Positions 30,621 to 41,460 of a stretch of DNA of 64,000 bases are shown piece by piece. Every line of letters starts with the position of its first letter. The stretch's first letter is position 1. The stretch covers positions 32,001 to 96,000 of the forward strand of contig CAWBAT010000008.1 in the NCBI GenBank assembly GCA_963786955.1. Direction: 5' to 3'. A model generated the notes under the pieces. That model was not told the origin of the DNA. It made no database searches and saw only the letters and a list, made by a program, of their open reading frames with translations. The position numbers and the translations under genes are program-made. Origin of the DNA: an uncultured Acidimicrobiia bacterium (GTDB taxonomy: Bacteria > Acidobacteriota > Terriglobia > Versatilivoradales > Versatilivoraceae).

Positions 30621-31418
30621 TTACCTTTTCAAAGTCGAGAGATTTTTTTCGTGATGCGCTCGCACTTGATGACAGACCTGGGTAGCAGCCCTCAGAAGCA
30701 AGGTGAAATCACAGCCCATCAGAACCCATTGCATGCCTTTGTCCAGCCATTCGATCAACACGTCCGGATCATCCCCAACAGCGATACCAACGAAAACGCC
30801 AGATTGGCGGGCTTTGGCAATTACTGTATCGATCGCCTGAAGCACGGCGGGATGCCTTGGTTCGCCCATGTGTCCCATCGATCCGGAGAGATCATTGGGT
30901 CCGACCACAATCCCTGTCAATCCTGGAACAGCAAGAATCTCGTCAAGATTATGGACTGCATCGATATGTTCGATTTGAACGATGACGATCATGTTTTCGT
31001 TGGCTGACTGACAAAAATCCCGACCTCCCTGCCGCGCATAATGGCTGGGGCGGCGTGGGCCATATCCCCGGATGCCTTCTGGGGGGTAGCGGCAGGCAGC
31101 CACGGCTCGCCGGGCATCCTCAGCCGTGCGGATCAAGGGAATAATAACCCCGGCCGCCCCGATGTCGAGCACGGGCTTAATGATTACAGGGTCGTTCCAG
31201 GAGACTCGGACGAGCGGAGTCGTCCCGCTTCCTTTGGTCGCCATCACATGCGCTTGAACGGTTTCTATTGAGAGCGGGGCATGTTCCATGTCGATCCAAA
31301 CAAAATCCAAGAGCCCACACAACGCTTCCGTGATGGTCGGGTCGCTGAAGCTGATCCCGGTACCAATACAAACCTGTCCTTGGCTGAGTTTGGATTGAAA
31401 TGAACTGGCTTTTTCCAT
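30621..31418 (-). CDS. HpcH/HpaI family class II aldolase
   Basis: DFVWIDMEH, LDIGAAGVIIP, RYPPEGIRG, QIE, VGPNDLS. Confidence 0.9.
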   Translation of the reverse strand: MEKASSFQSKLSQGQVCIGTGISFSDPTITEALCGLLDFVWIDMEHAPLSIETVQAHVMATKGSGTTPLVRVSWNDPVIIKPVLDIGAAGVIIPLIRTAEDARRAVAACRYPPEGIRGYGPRRPSHYARQGGRDFCQSANENMIVIVQIEHIDAVHNLDEILAVPGLTGIVVGPNDLSGSMGHMGEPRHPAVLQAIDTVIAKARQSGVFVGIAVGDDPDVLIEWLDKGMQWVLMGCDFTLLLRAATQVCHQVRAHHEKNLSTLKR

Positions 31419-31544
31419 ATGGATCGTCTCCTATTACATCATGGCATGAACTTATTTCTTAAGAGAAAGAGAAGGCACAAATTCAAAGCGGCTTCCGTGC
31501 ATCAAGTCGTTTCTGTTCTGTTGAAGGCCCTTAACCTTTAACAA

Positions 31545-32396
31545 TCACTTCTTGGATTCCTGGATGAGTCTTGACATGTATTCGTAGGTCTCCCAAACCC
31601 AGGCGTCCGGATCTATGGGAACACCGCAATTCAGCTGGGCAGTCAGGTATCCGTCATAACCCACCTCTTTGAGAACACGGATGAACATCCGCCAGTTAAT
31701 AGTTCCTTTGCCCGGCACGTTATGAACTAGTCCTTCACCGCTGCCACTGTTGTCGCTGATGTGGACGTAGACTAAATGCTTCGCAACTTTGCGGACTGAA
31801 TCAGAAAGGTGGGGGTCTGTGATGTTTTGATCTGCGGTATCGATCATCAGCCGGCAGCTCTTTGAATTAATCTCTTTCATCATTTTCAAACTATCGTCAA
31901 GAGTTACGATCACACGGGACTCCGAGGGCGCAAGAGTATGAAGGGCGAGAGTGACTCGGCATTTTTCCGCATGCTTTGCGACTTCGCTCATCCCTTCCCG
32001 ATTCCATTGCCAGGCTTGTTCAAAGTTGGTGCCGGCCATCATGTGGCCGCTGATCATGTTGATGGTGGGGCATCCGATGTCCGCAGCCAAGTCCACACAT
32101 TTTTTATAATAGTCGACAGTTTCCTTTCGCACCCAATCTTTACAGTAGGAGAAGTTGTAGCGCCGTGCGAGAGCTCCCCCGTTCACGGAGAGCGCAACGA
32201 TTTCCAACCCCCGATCCCGGCACTGCTTCTTGATTTCCTTCCGATAGGCTTTGTCCCGGCTCAGGGGATCCAGGTGAGGACTGTCCGCCCAGATGTCAAT
32301 GCCTTGATAACCAAACTTTGCGGTGCGCTCGATGGCATCTTCGAGCGTGGCATAATCGAGATAGATCATTGTACAAAGACCCAGTTTTAATGGCAT
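31545..32396 (-). CDS. Sugar phosphate isomerase/epimerase (FrlC/psicose 3-epimerase-like TIM barrel)
   Basis: GYQGIDIWADSPH, MIDTAD, YVHISDN, PGKGTINW, GYDGYL; SD AAGGAG. Confidence 0.82.
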   Translation of the reverse strand: MPLKLGLCTMIYLDYATLEDAIERTAKFGYQGIDIWADSPHLDPLSRDKAYRKEIKKQCRDRGLEIVALSVNGGALARRYNFSYCKDWVRKETVDYYKKCVDLAADIGCPTINMISGHMMAGTNFEQAWQWNREGMSEVAKHAEKCRVTLALHTLAPSESRVIVTLDDSLKMMKEINSKSCRLMIDTADQNITDPHLSDSVRKVAKHLVYVHISDNSGSGEGLVHNVPGKGTINWRMFIRVLKEVGYDGYLTAQLNCGVPIDPDAWVWETYEYMSRLIQESKK

Positions 32397-32634
32397 GGCT
32401 TCTTCTCCTTTAAATGAATGAAATCTCTAGACAGGGTCATAGCGGACACTTGTGACACAGCTCATATGTTACTAATACTTGAACGATGTTTTATATATTA
32501 ATATTGTCAGACTACATTCCGGACACGAGGAAGGGTGAAATGGAACGAATGTGGAAGCGAGGGCACTGCATGAAATCGAAACACTCCTCACGAGAGTCGT
32601 CAATAGATTTTCATTCGCCGATCGAAGGTTAGAT

Positions 32635-33363
32635 ATGGAAGACTCACCAATCCTTCTCCCAACCCTTGTGACCATCCCAGCAGGAGAGTTCCAAATGGGT
32701 TGTGAGCAGGGGCGAGATGATGAGAAGCCTGTCCATACAGTGTGGGTTGACTGTTTCGTGATCGGGGTCTATACCGTAACCAATGAGGAATACCTGCAAT
32801 TTGTTCACGATACCAAGAGAGAAATTCCGTCAGTGTTTGCTGAAGAGCGATTTTCCCATCCTCGACAACCGGTTGTCGCTGTGAGTTGGTTTGAAGCGAT
32901 GGATTACTGTCAATGGCTGTCCTCAAAGACTGGTGCAGCAGTTCGTCTCCCCACAGAGGCAGAATGGGAGCGGGCAGTGCGTTGCGGACAGGACCGAATG
33001 CTCTACTCCTGGGGAAATGAGGATCCGGACCGCTTTGAGATTTATCGGACTGGCTGGCAAGACGAAAGGCCCCAGCCGGTGGGTTTATTCAGTCCTAATG
33101 CGTTAGGTATTCATAACCTTGGGGACAATGTGCATGAATGGTGTTTAGACTGGTACGATCCAAAGTATTATGAGCGATCACCCCGTCTCAATCCCCTAAA
33201 TGTGGAGCCGAGTGCGCGTCGTGCCTCCCGCGGCGGCTCCTGGCGACATCGGATCAAAGTTAGCCGCTGCGCTGCGCGGAGTAGTCTGGATCCCAGTTTC
33301 AAATATACCGATTATGGATTTCGAATTGTAACGACGTCTCTGTCGCCATCCACAATTCCTTGA
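32635..33363 (+). CDS. FGE-sulfatase (SUMF1) domain protein
   Basis: IPAGEFQMG, DEKPVH, PVVAVSW, RLPTEAEWE, NVHEWC, RGGSW, GFR. Confidence 0.88.
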   Translation: MEDSPILLPTLVTIPAGEFQMGCEQGRDDEKPVHTVWVDCFVIGVYTVTNEEYLQFVHDTKREIPSVFAEERFSHPRQPVVAVSWFEAMDYCQWLSSKTGAAVRLPTEAEWERAVRCGQDRMLYSWGNEDPDRFEIYRTGWQDERPQPVGLFSPNALGIHNLGDNVHEWCLDWYDPKYYERSPRLNPLNVEPSARRASRGGSWRHRIKVSRCAARSSLDPSFKYTDYGFRIVTTSLSPSTIP

Positions 33364-33415
33364 GGTAAATCCAAGTTCATCCCGTGATTTTTACTTTGAA
33401 TTTTCTTCCCGACTC

Positions 33416-34531
33416 TTACAGCGACAAAGCTGCCTGCAGCAGCGCCCGAGTATAGCCTACATTGTAAGCATACCCAGCGTACCCGCCTCCCCCTGGATAG
33501 TAGGACCTGAAGTTGGGTTGCTCGCGGTCATAGTCAATCGCGCGTGGATGCTCAGGATAGACGAGCCGTGGGTACTTCTGGCGCACCAGTTCCTGCATTA
33601 CGGCAAACATATTGACTTCACCATTGTCCAAAAAAACCTCCGTATACTTCTCGTTTGCCACTCGCACGCGCACGTTCCGGAAATGCACGTGGTTAATGCG
33701 ATCTCGACTGCCGAAGTAGCGGCAGACCTCGACCGGGTCCGCGCCCAACTCCTTTGTCACTCCACAATCAAATGTGATCCCATTGGATTTACTCGGGACG
33801 ATGGCGATGAGCTTCTTCCAACCTTCGAGGCTTCCCATAATTTGTTGCGATCCGCGGCTGAGAGGCGCAGGGGGATCATTGGGGTGTAAGGCCATGCGCA
33901 CCCCCGATTTCTCGGCCACAGGAATGATCGCTTCAAGAAAATAAGTGATATTTTTCCACATTTCGTCCAGGTTGTGGGTGCCTTCTTCGGGGAGAGGAGG
34001 CAGATCCTTCATCCGGTCATAGTCGAATGCCGTATAACCGGCCCCTGCCCTTCCAGTTTCCTCGTAGTATCCCTCCATGGCGCGGTGTGCATAGAAGTTG
34101 TACTCGATAACCGGCAGGCCAGCCCGGCCGGCTGCTTGGATGGATTGAATCACCTTTTCGATCTCTTCGTCACGGCCGGTCTTTCCATAAATCGTATTTG
34201 GAAAACCAGAAATCATCAGGTTGCCCAGGCTGAGACCGCCGGCTTTGAAGCTATCCATGGTGGATCGAATCTCGCTCTCCTGCCAGGGAATGCCCGGTCC
34301 CCACTTGAGCACGTGGTCTACCCCGAGTTGTTTTACCCTGCGCATTCCAGCCTCATTGAGATTGCCAGTCGCAAGGAGAGCCGACCCCGTTTCCAGACAG
34401 ATTTTAGGAGTGTCACTTCTTTCGGAATATTTTTCCGAATCGTTGTCTCCGGATGCTGATGCCGTCAATGGAAATAACGCCAGCGACCCCATTGCCTTTA
34501 TCATCTCTCTTCGCTGAAACCAGGACTTCAT
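33416..34531 (-). CDS. Mannonate dehydratase (UxuA) family protein with Tat-like signal
   Basis: EYNF, YFLEAIIPVAEKSGVRMALHPNDPP, NGITFDCG, INHVHFRNV, PEH; N-terminal QRREMIK. Confidence 0.85.
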   Translation of the reverse strand: MKSWFQRREMIKAMGSLALFPLTASASGDNDSEKYSERSDTPKICLETGSALLATGNLNEAGMRRVKQLGVDHVLKWGPGIPWQESEIRSTMDSFKAGGLSLGNLMISGFPNTIYGKTGRDEEIEKVIQSIQAAGRAGLPVIEYNFYAHRAMEGYYEETGRAGAGYTAFDYDRMKDLPPLPEEGTHNLDEMWKNITYFLEAIIPVAEKSGVRMALHPNDPPAPLSRGSQQIMGSLEGWKKLIAIVPSKSNGITFDCGVTKELGADPVEVCRYFGSRDRINHVHFRNVRVRVANEKYTEVFLDNGEVNMFAVMQELVRQKYPRLVYPEHPRAIDYDREQPNFRSYYPGGGGYAGYAYNVGYTRALLQAALSL

Positions 34532-34799
34532 AGGTTATTCCTCCTGTAAAGATCCTCAACTTGGATTTTGCTCTCATGGAACTAATTCGGCAGGCGCCGG
34601 AAAAGTGTTTTTATGTGGGTGTAGGAAGCCAAGCTGAGAGAGAATAATCCAGTTATCAGACAACTTAAAGAGCTGATAGCATGACCGAGTTAGGAATTAA
34701 TGGTCAAGAGTTTAGTCCCATCGGTGAATAACAGGGAGCTGCAGGGTCTGCCGTTGTTTCCGTCATGAATTCTCTAATTCGTCATGAACGTGTGTCTTA

Positions 34800-36800
34800 A
34801 TGGGTTGGATTGAAATGAAGAAAGATCATAGTTGGGGAGGGGGAATAATTTGGAACCCTACCCCTCAATATGTTGAGCGAAGCCACCTGAAACGATTCAT
34901 GAGCCTTCATCATATCGAATCATTTGCGAAACTCCACGCACGATCCATTGAGGACATTGCTTGGTTTACCGATTCAGTCATCCGATATCTTGATATCCAG
35001 TTTCAATCTCCCTATCGTCAAGTCCTGAGCCTGAATCGGGGGATCGAATTTCCAGACTGGTGCGTCGGAGGAAAGCTGAATATTGTCGAGAACTGCGTTG
35101 ACAAATGGATTGCAAAACCTGATTCACGAAACCGCCCAGCCATTATTTGGGAGGGTGAAGAGGGTCAAATAAGCCAGCTTACTTATGGCGAATTATTCAA
35201 AGTTGTCAATCAGTGTGCCAACGCGCTGCGTGAACTGGAACTGAGGAAAGGGGATTTTATCGGCCTCTACATGCCGATGACCCTTGAAGCCTGCATTGCA
35301 TTATTGGCCTGCGCAAAGATTGGGGCCGTTTGCCTGCCTCTCTTTTCCGGCTATGGTGCCGGAGCATTGGTCTCGCGCCTGGGGCACGCAAAGATAAAAG
35401 CATTATTCACGGCGGATGGTTTTTACCGCCGCGGCCGAGTGACTCCGATGAAATCCGTTGCCGATCAGGCAGCTGAAGAACTTCCTACGTTGAAGCATCT
35501 TATCGTCTTGAAACGCACCGGAATCGACGTGGATTGGAGGCAGGGAAGGGATCACTGGTGGCACGAGCTTATACCCTCTCAGCGCGAGAACACATTGCCG
35601 GCTCAAACGGATGCCGAAGATATGCTGATGCTCCTTTATACTTCGGGAACTACGGGAAGGCCCAAGGGAGCGGTGCATACGCACTGTAGCTTTCCAATAA
35701 AAGCCGCGCAGGATATGGCTTTTGGCACAGATGTTCAGCCGGGGGACGTCATTCATTGGTACTCCGATATGGGTTGGATGATGGGACCATGGTTAGTTTT
35801 TGGTGCGACGATTCTTGGAGCGACCTGTTTCATCTATGATGGCGCATTGGATTATCCGGGGCCCGACCGCTTGTGGTCATTGGTGGAGCGACACAAGATC
35901 AGCGTTTTGGGAATATCTCCTACTCTCATACGGTCCTTGATTCCTCATGGCGTCGAACCGGTCAGAGCGCACAACCTCTCTTCTATTCATTTGTTTGCCT
36001 CTACGGGAGAACCTTGGAATCACGATCCCTGGTTGTGGCTGTTCGAGACAGTGGGTAAAGGGCAACGTCCGATTATCAATTACTCGGGTGGAACAGAGGT
36101 CGGTGGAGGAATTCTAATGGGGAATCCGCTTCTTCCCTTGAAGCCCACGGCCTTCTCAGCTCCGTGCCCGGGGATAGCCGCCGATGTGGTCGATTCTCAA
36201 GGAATGCCTGTTCGCGGCGAGGTTGGGGAATTGGTCGTTCGAACGCCCTGGATCGGAATGACGCGAGGGTTCTGGCAGGACGAACAACGTTACCTTGAAA
36301 CCTACTGGTCACAGATCAAAGATGTCTGGGTCCATGGTGATTTGGCGGCAGTAGACTCCGACGGAATGTGGTACATCCTGGGCCGCTCGGATGACACGCT
36401 TAAGATTGCCGGCCGAAGGGTAGGACCCGCTGAAGTGGAGTCAGTTCTGGTGGACCACTCAGCAGTCAGTGAAGCGGCCGCAATTGGGGTTCCTCATCTT
36501 GTTAAGGGGAGCGAAATTGTTTGCTTCTGCGTGCTGGCGCCTGGGTTTAGGGCTTCCGATAACTTGAGTCTCGAACTCCGAGAGAAGGTGGCTCGGGAGC
36601 TTGGCAAGCCAATGCAGCCCAGCCGGGTTCATTTCGTGCCGGATCTCCCGAAAACGCGCAACTCCAAAGTGATGCGCCGCATGATTCGCAGTGCCTACGT
36701 CGGTGAAGAGGAGGGAGATACTTCCAGTCTCGTCAACCCCGAGGCCATTGAGCCGATCCGTCAACTCAAGCAAAAGGATGGGAACTTCTTACAAGATTGA
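34800..36800 (+). CDS. Acetyl-CoA synthetase-like AMP-dependent ligase
   Basis: YTSGTTGRPKG, STGEPW, YSGGTE, GRSDDTLKIAG, LPKTRNSKVMRR. Confidence 0.9.
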   Translation: MGWIEMKKDHSWGGGIIWNPTPQYVERSHLKRFMSLHHIESFAKLHARSIEDIAWFTDSVIRYLDIQFQSPYRQVLSLNRGIEFPDWCVGGKLNIVENCVDKWIAKPDSRNRPAIIWEGEEGQISQLTYGELFKVVNQCANALRELELRKGDFIGLYMPMTLEACIALLACAKIGAVCLPLFSGYGAGALVSRLGHAKIKALFTADGFYRRGRVTPMKSVADQAAEELPTLKHLIVLKRTGIDVDWRQGRDHWWHELIPSQRENTLPAQTDAEDMLMLLYTSGTTGRPKGAVHTHCSFPIKAAQDMAFGTDVQPGDVIHWYSDMGWMMGPWLVFGATILGATCFIYDGALDYPGPDRLWSLVERHKISVLGISPTLIRSLIPHGVEPVRAHNLSSIHLFASTGEPWNHDPWLWLFETVGKGQRPIINYSGGTEVGGGILMGNPLLPLKPTAFSAPCPGIAADVVDSQGMPVRGEVGELVVRTPWIGMTRGFWQDEQRYLETYWSQIKDVWVHGDLAAVDSDGMWYILGRSDDTLKIAGRRVGPAEVESVLVDHSAVSEAAAIGVPHLVKGSEIVCFCVLAPGFRASDNLSLELREKVARELGKPMQPSRVHFVPDLPKTRNSKVMRRMIRSAYVGEEEGDTSSLVNPEAIEPIRQLKQKDGNFLQD

Positions 36801-36951
36801 AAACCGTGAATCCTTCAGGAATTTCCGCAAAAGCAGCTACTGCGGCGGACCGGAATTGGATAACCAATGAACTCTTGATTTCGTCAGGCCGTTCAGACGG
36901 GCTTCGTTCCGTGCCAGGCTTTCTGCCCCAGCGCACAGATATGGAGGAATC

Positions 36952-37410
36952 ATGACTTTCATACCCGCCACGATTACACTGACCGGCCAAATAAGGCTTA
37001 CTGCGCCGATTGCTCGGGTCTTCCCGCTTTTCTCGCCACTTGGCGAAAAGTTGTGGGTTCCAGATTGGAATCCGGAACTCCTCTACCCTCCAAACATTGA
37101 TTGGGCAGAGGGCCAGCTATTTCGAACGCGAGAGGGATTGGGCAGTACTATCTGGGTTGTCTCGGAGCTTGATCTCAAGGCATCTCATGTCGTCTATCAT
37201 CGTGTTGAGGCTGAACGCTACGTTGCCCAAATTGGGGTTCGGTGCTACCAAGTAAGCGCCGATGTTACAGAGGTTAATATCATTTACCGCTTTGTCGGTT
37301 TAACTGAAAGAGGCAATCAAGGGATTAACGCCATGTCTCAGCGAACTTTTGAAGAGAAAATGGAGCGTTGGACCGGATGGCTAAACGAGTATCTGCAGCA
37401 CTCTCGGTAA
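36952..37410 (+). CDS. SRPBCC/START-like hypothetical protein
   Basis: APIARVFPLFSPLGEKLWVPDW pattern, C-terminal helix, SD GGAGG. Confidence 0.65.
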   Translation: MTFIPATITLTGQIRLTAPIARVFPLFSPLGEKLWVPDWNPELLYPPNIDWAEGQLFRTREGLGSTIWVVSELDLKASHVVYHRVEAERYVAQIGVRCYQVSADVTEVNIIYRFVGLTERGNQGINAMSQRTFEEKMERWTGWLNEYLQHSR

Positions 37411-37584
37411 AATGAACACCTATTCGAAGATCTACCGTTTATTACCTTTATGACGCAGAAAATGAAAATGGCAACGAGACCAACGACACCCTTCTTGGAC
37501 GAAGACAGAATGAAAGAATCTCCCTCCATGGACAAGGACAAATAAAGAAATGTGCCTTTGGGGAAAAGGGGATAATGAAAAAAT

Positions 37585-37619
37585 GTCCCCCCTTGCACAA
37601 GGGGGGACTTCAGGGGGGG
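37585..37619. repeat. Hairpin repeat GTCCCCCCTTGCACAAGGGGGGACTTCAGGGGGG
   Basis: Exact reverse complement of 7403-7436. Confidence 0.8.
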
Positions 37620-37703
37620 CGGAATTACTCGCCAACAACGTTTAATGCGTCTGCATTTGTAGCCATAATCTTATAAATTGCGCTTGAACATGAGGACCCT
37701 GGA

Positions 37704-39822
37704 ATGGATTTATTTAAAAGGTTAACACGGCGTGAGGCCGTCAAGAAAGTCGGGACGATTCCCCTCATCGCACTCTTGACCCCTCCCGTTGCAAGCGGCC
37801 AATTGCCCGGAATCACCGTCACAGAAAAGATACCCCAAACGCGTTCAAGAATTTCATTGAATCCCACCACCATTGTCGTTGCCCCGGATGAACCCTCTTT
37901 CGTTCTCCATGCTGTGAAGGACCTAGCGGAGTACCTGGGTGAATATTCTCCCTCTCCCATTCCGGTCAAATCGAAATTAGCTCGCGAAGCAAATGTGACC
38001 ATTGCAGTAGGGCGAACGGTGATGCACGAGATACTTCCTGGTATCTCCGGGATGGAAGAATTGGGTGACGAAGGATTCCGAATCATGTCCGTTTTGGCCG
38101 GCGGGAAAGTCTATGTGATCGTGAGCGGATTGACTTCCAGAGGCACAAACTGCGGGCTTGCAACATTGATGCAACGGATCCGATTCGAGGAGAATTCTCC
38201 TTACCTAGAAGGACCGTTAGAGATTAGCAGCAAGCCCAAGTTTGACTTGCGGGGAATCCACTTAAATGGATGGCCCCTCAAAAATCCCTACTCATTTCGC
38301 ACTTGGCAAGAAAAGGACTGGCAACGTTTTATCGACTTAACCTGGCTTCAGAAAGGGAACCTCTTTTTTCTATGGCCTTTCATGGAGATTATGCCAGTTC
38401 CCCTTTCTCCAGTGGATGAATCGTATCTCCAAGAGGTCCGCCGGGTGGTCGAATATGCCCAGAAGCAACGCGGAATGGAAGTCTGGATCATGCATAGCGC
38501 GAATCGAATTGCCACATCGGATTGCGGTGTTCATGACCCCAAAACTCGACCCTACTGGGTCGACGAATGCCAAAAGGATATGAATCCGGCCGATCCCATA
38601 CAGGTAGAAAAGATCATGGGGTCGTTGGAAGTGTTCTATCGGACCGTGAACAACGCGGATGGCTACTGCATGATCGATTCCGACCCGGGAGGCTGGCCAC
38701 AAAGCCCGATTAGTGAGCAGGTCAAGATCTTCCAGCGAGCCAGAGCTCTCCTGGATCGGTATCACGTCAACGGAAATAAGGCCACGCTCATCGATTGGAT
38801 GTGGGTGGGGTGGGGGAGACATAAATTCTTCAGCCCATCAAAGACCGTGGTCTCCCAATATGATTGGACCAGCCAAAACCCGGACGCGAGCGACCTGGCC
38901 TTCATGGGAGGACACGATCCGCAACTTCAAACAAAACCTGGCGGAACCATGGAGCCTCATTGCCGGATTTTCACCTTACCTGGATACCTGCCGAAAGGAA
39001 GGCGTATTGGAGAAAACTGTTTTCCTCCCTTACGGCGTCATCGAAGTTGAGCCGGCGTTCCCCTCAACCAGAGTTAGTTTGAATTCCATTCGGAGTGTGT
39101 TTGATTTCGTTCAAGACCTCTCAGAGCTCCGCGGTGTCATGGGGAATAATCAAACCCCAATTTTGCAGCTTCCGCGCACGTTCTTTTTCTTGGCTGCTGC
39201 CTGGGAACTGGACTATAAGAATCGGAGCGAGCGCGAGGTGCTTCATGATCTCTCCGAGCAGCTCTACCCTCAAAATTCAAATTTCATTGCGGAGTGTTTC
39301 CTTGCGCTGGAAGACAACAATTCGAACAAGATTGATGACCTCCTCGGTCGTCTTCAAACTCTCCTCACTCAGGGCAAAATAGGACGGCCCGGAGCCTTGG
39401 GGCGAAAGCTCTTCCCCGATCCCAACGTCGTGGCAAAGAGCCTTGTCTTTCAGTTAAAGATTCGTGCCGCCCGGGAACTATTCCTCCAGGCTCTGACCGG
39501 GGAACCCACTCGAAGTATGTGTGAGGTTTTGATAGTGGAATACTTGGGCGCACTCCTGTCGTGGAGCCAAGAGACGGGGTGGGAAGGGATCGTGATCATT
39601 GGAACCTGGCGCGGCACGATGTATCAGTCCGACAAGAGGTTCACAGAAGCTTTGTCGATTTTGAAACGAATCCTGGGTGAAGGTTCAAGCACAACTCATT
39701 ACGCCGCGATTGCTTCATTCTTTGACTCCATTAGCAGGAGGCTGCGCGAAAAGTATGGTGAAGACGAGGTGATGATGAGTTGTGTGGAACCCTTAAAATT
39801 GGCGGTGATTCAGGCCCCTTAG
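37704..39822 (+). pseudogene. Tat-signal glycoside-hydrolase-like protein (GH20/GH67 N-terminal domain-like), frameshifted at about 38907
   Basis: TRREAVK signal; ELGDEGFRI..SRGTNCGLATL..PKFDLRGIHL. The frame switches at TTC ATG GGA GGA C; removing one G gives FM-EDTIRNFK and one ORF of about 705 aa. May be a sequencing error. Confidence 0.65.
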
Positions 39823-39835
39823 TCAGGTAGCAGAC

Positions 39836-39864
39836 AGGTGGAGCGGGCGCTCCGGCGCACGCTC
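39836..39864. repeat. Single GTGG-type REP (half copy)
   Basis: AGGTGGAGCGGGCGCTCCGGCGCACGCTC resembles one arm of the 12017/29978/47671 family. Confidence 0.55.
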
Positions 39865-40059
39865 ACTAACACGGGTGGAGTGGACGCTAGCACTAATTTG
39901 TCAGCTTCTTGCTTTCCTGTTTAGCCCCATTGGCATAGACAGGTTTGCCGGATCTCAGGCGCATACTGTGGTCGTGCGAAGCATCGAATGCTTTGTACGA
40001 GCAGAGAACCCCGGCACACGATCCTTTAGCAAACTTTTCAACGAGTTCATTGACGGCTC

Positions 40060-40998
40060 ATGATCTCTTTGCTCTTATTTTTCGTAACATTGGCGCCCCA
40101 GTTTAGGACTCTAGAAGGGTATGTGTTTGGGGAAAGAGACGGGGGGCCGCCGCTGAGGCGTTTGACGGTGGAGTTGATCGATCAGGAGCGGGCTAAGTAC
40201 CGCGAGACAACGGAAGCGGACGGTTCTTTCGTGTTCAACAAGGTGCAGGAAGGGCACTACACGTTCCGGGTTCGATTCAGCGACTTCATTATTGTGGAGG
40301 AGGTCGTCACCGTGACTAGCACAGGGAAGAACTTCGCTGCGGTGATGTTGCCCAAGCGGTGGGCTGGAACCCGGACTTTTAGGTCTGTGACCGCGGATCA
40401 ACTTGCGGTGCAGTCAAACCGCGATTTACAAGAAAAACTGACAAAAGCTGTTAAGTTGACGAATCAACGAGATTTCGCTGGAGCGATCCGGTTGTACGAA
40501 CAAGCCGCAGAGACCGCTGGGCAGGCCGACCTCTGGGATGGGCTAGGACTGCTCTATCTTCGTGTGGGGAGAAAGGACGATGCGTTCCACGCCTTCGAAA
40601 AAGCCATCGAGCGGGATCCCGACTACCTGCTCTCTTACGCGCATGTAGGCGCCATCTACCTGAAGGAGCAACGGTACAAGGAACTGCTGGCGGTCGCCAA
40701 GCGCGCCTTGTTAATCGACCCAAAGTGGTTGACGGGACATGCCTTCTTGGGAGAGGCACTGCTAAGAACAGGGGATCTGGAAGGAGCCCTGCAGGCTGCC
40801 GAAACAGCCTCTCAACTGGCACGAGGAAGGGCGCCAGCACCCTATTTGCTCTTGGCGAAGGTTCGATGGGCTCGGCGGGATTGCGCTGGCGCGCGACAAG
40901 ACATGAAACGCTATCTCGAACTGAATACGTCGGTGCGGGAACTTCCTGAGACCGTGAAGTCTCTTGAGATGCTGCGGGCATGCGGGCCTGTGCAATAA
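40060..40998 (+). CDS. Carboxypeptidase-regulatory-like domain plus TPR protein, secreted
   Basis: TEADGSFVFNKVQEGHYTFRV followed by several TPR motifs (AFEKAIERDPDY, KRALLIDPK). Confidence 0.8.
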   Translation: MISLLLFFVTLAPQFRTLEGYVFGERDGGPPLRRLTVELIDQERAKYRETTEADGSFVFNKVQEGHYTFRVRFSDFIIVEEVVTVTSTGKNFAAVMLPKRWAGTRTFRSVTADQLAVQSNRDLQEKLTKAVKLTNQRDFAGAIRLYEQAAETAGQADLWDGLGLLYLRVGRKDDAFHAFEKAIERDPDYLLSYAHVGAIYLKEQRYKELLAVAKRALLIDPKWLTGHAFLGEALLRTGDLEGALQAAETASQLARGRAPAPYLLLAKVRWARRDCAGARQDMKRYLELNTSVRELPETVKSLEMLRACGPVQ

Positions 40999-41004
40999 AT
41001 GAAG

Positions 41005-41036
41005 GGACCCACGACCCGTTTGAGAGTCGTGGGTCC
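41005..41036. terminator. Hairpin between convergent genes, possible bidirectional terminator
   Basis: Perfect 11-bp stem GGACCCACGAC / GTCGTGGGTCC with a 10-nt loop. Confidence 0.6.
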
Positions 41037-41043
41037 AAGTGGT

Positions 41044-41460
41044 TTACTTGGCTGCAATGTAGGTCAGTTTAGGCACTCCATAATTTCTTGCAACTTGAGT
41101 TTCTTTACTAGACTTTGGCACCTCAAGCACCATCGTTCCTCCCGTCCAGACCTCCGCCAGGAAATAAAGATCCCCATAACGACGAAAAACGAACTTTGGC
41201 GTCACCTCTTTAGACTTTTCATTTGCTACGGCCAAAAGAGGGGCGGATTCAAGGTTCTCGATGCCGCGAATGATGAGTACCATTGGAAGGTTAGGGTTGC
41301 GTGCAACCCCGTAGGATCCCGCTGGGAGCGTTTTGCCGACCACAGTGAATTCAAATGGGATGTCACCTCGGAGTATTGTTGTGGTTTGGGCATAGGCAAC
41401 CCCTGCAGCCAGCATGCCCAGCACGAGAGCTGGGAATAGTAAGACGGTTAGTTTTTTCAT
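41044..41460 (-). CDS. Small secreted beta-rich hypothetical protein
   Basis: Signal peptide (AYA), IPFEFTVVGKTLPAGSY...FRRYGDLYFLAEVW; SD AAGGAGG. Confidence 0.8.
   Translation of the reverse strand: MKKLTVLLFPALVLGMLAAGVAYAQTTTILRGDIPFEFTVVGKTLPAGSYGVARNPNLPMVLIIRGIENLESAPLLAVANEKSKEVTPKFVFRRYGDLYFLAEVWTGGTMVLEVPKSSKETQVARNYGVPKLTYIAAK

Noticed and set aside
32635-33363. Active formylglycine-generating enzyme
   Set aside because: The catalytic CxxxxC after RGGS is absent (RGGSWRHRIKVSRC) and no sulfatase is adjacent, so only the fold is called.
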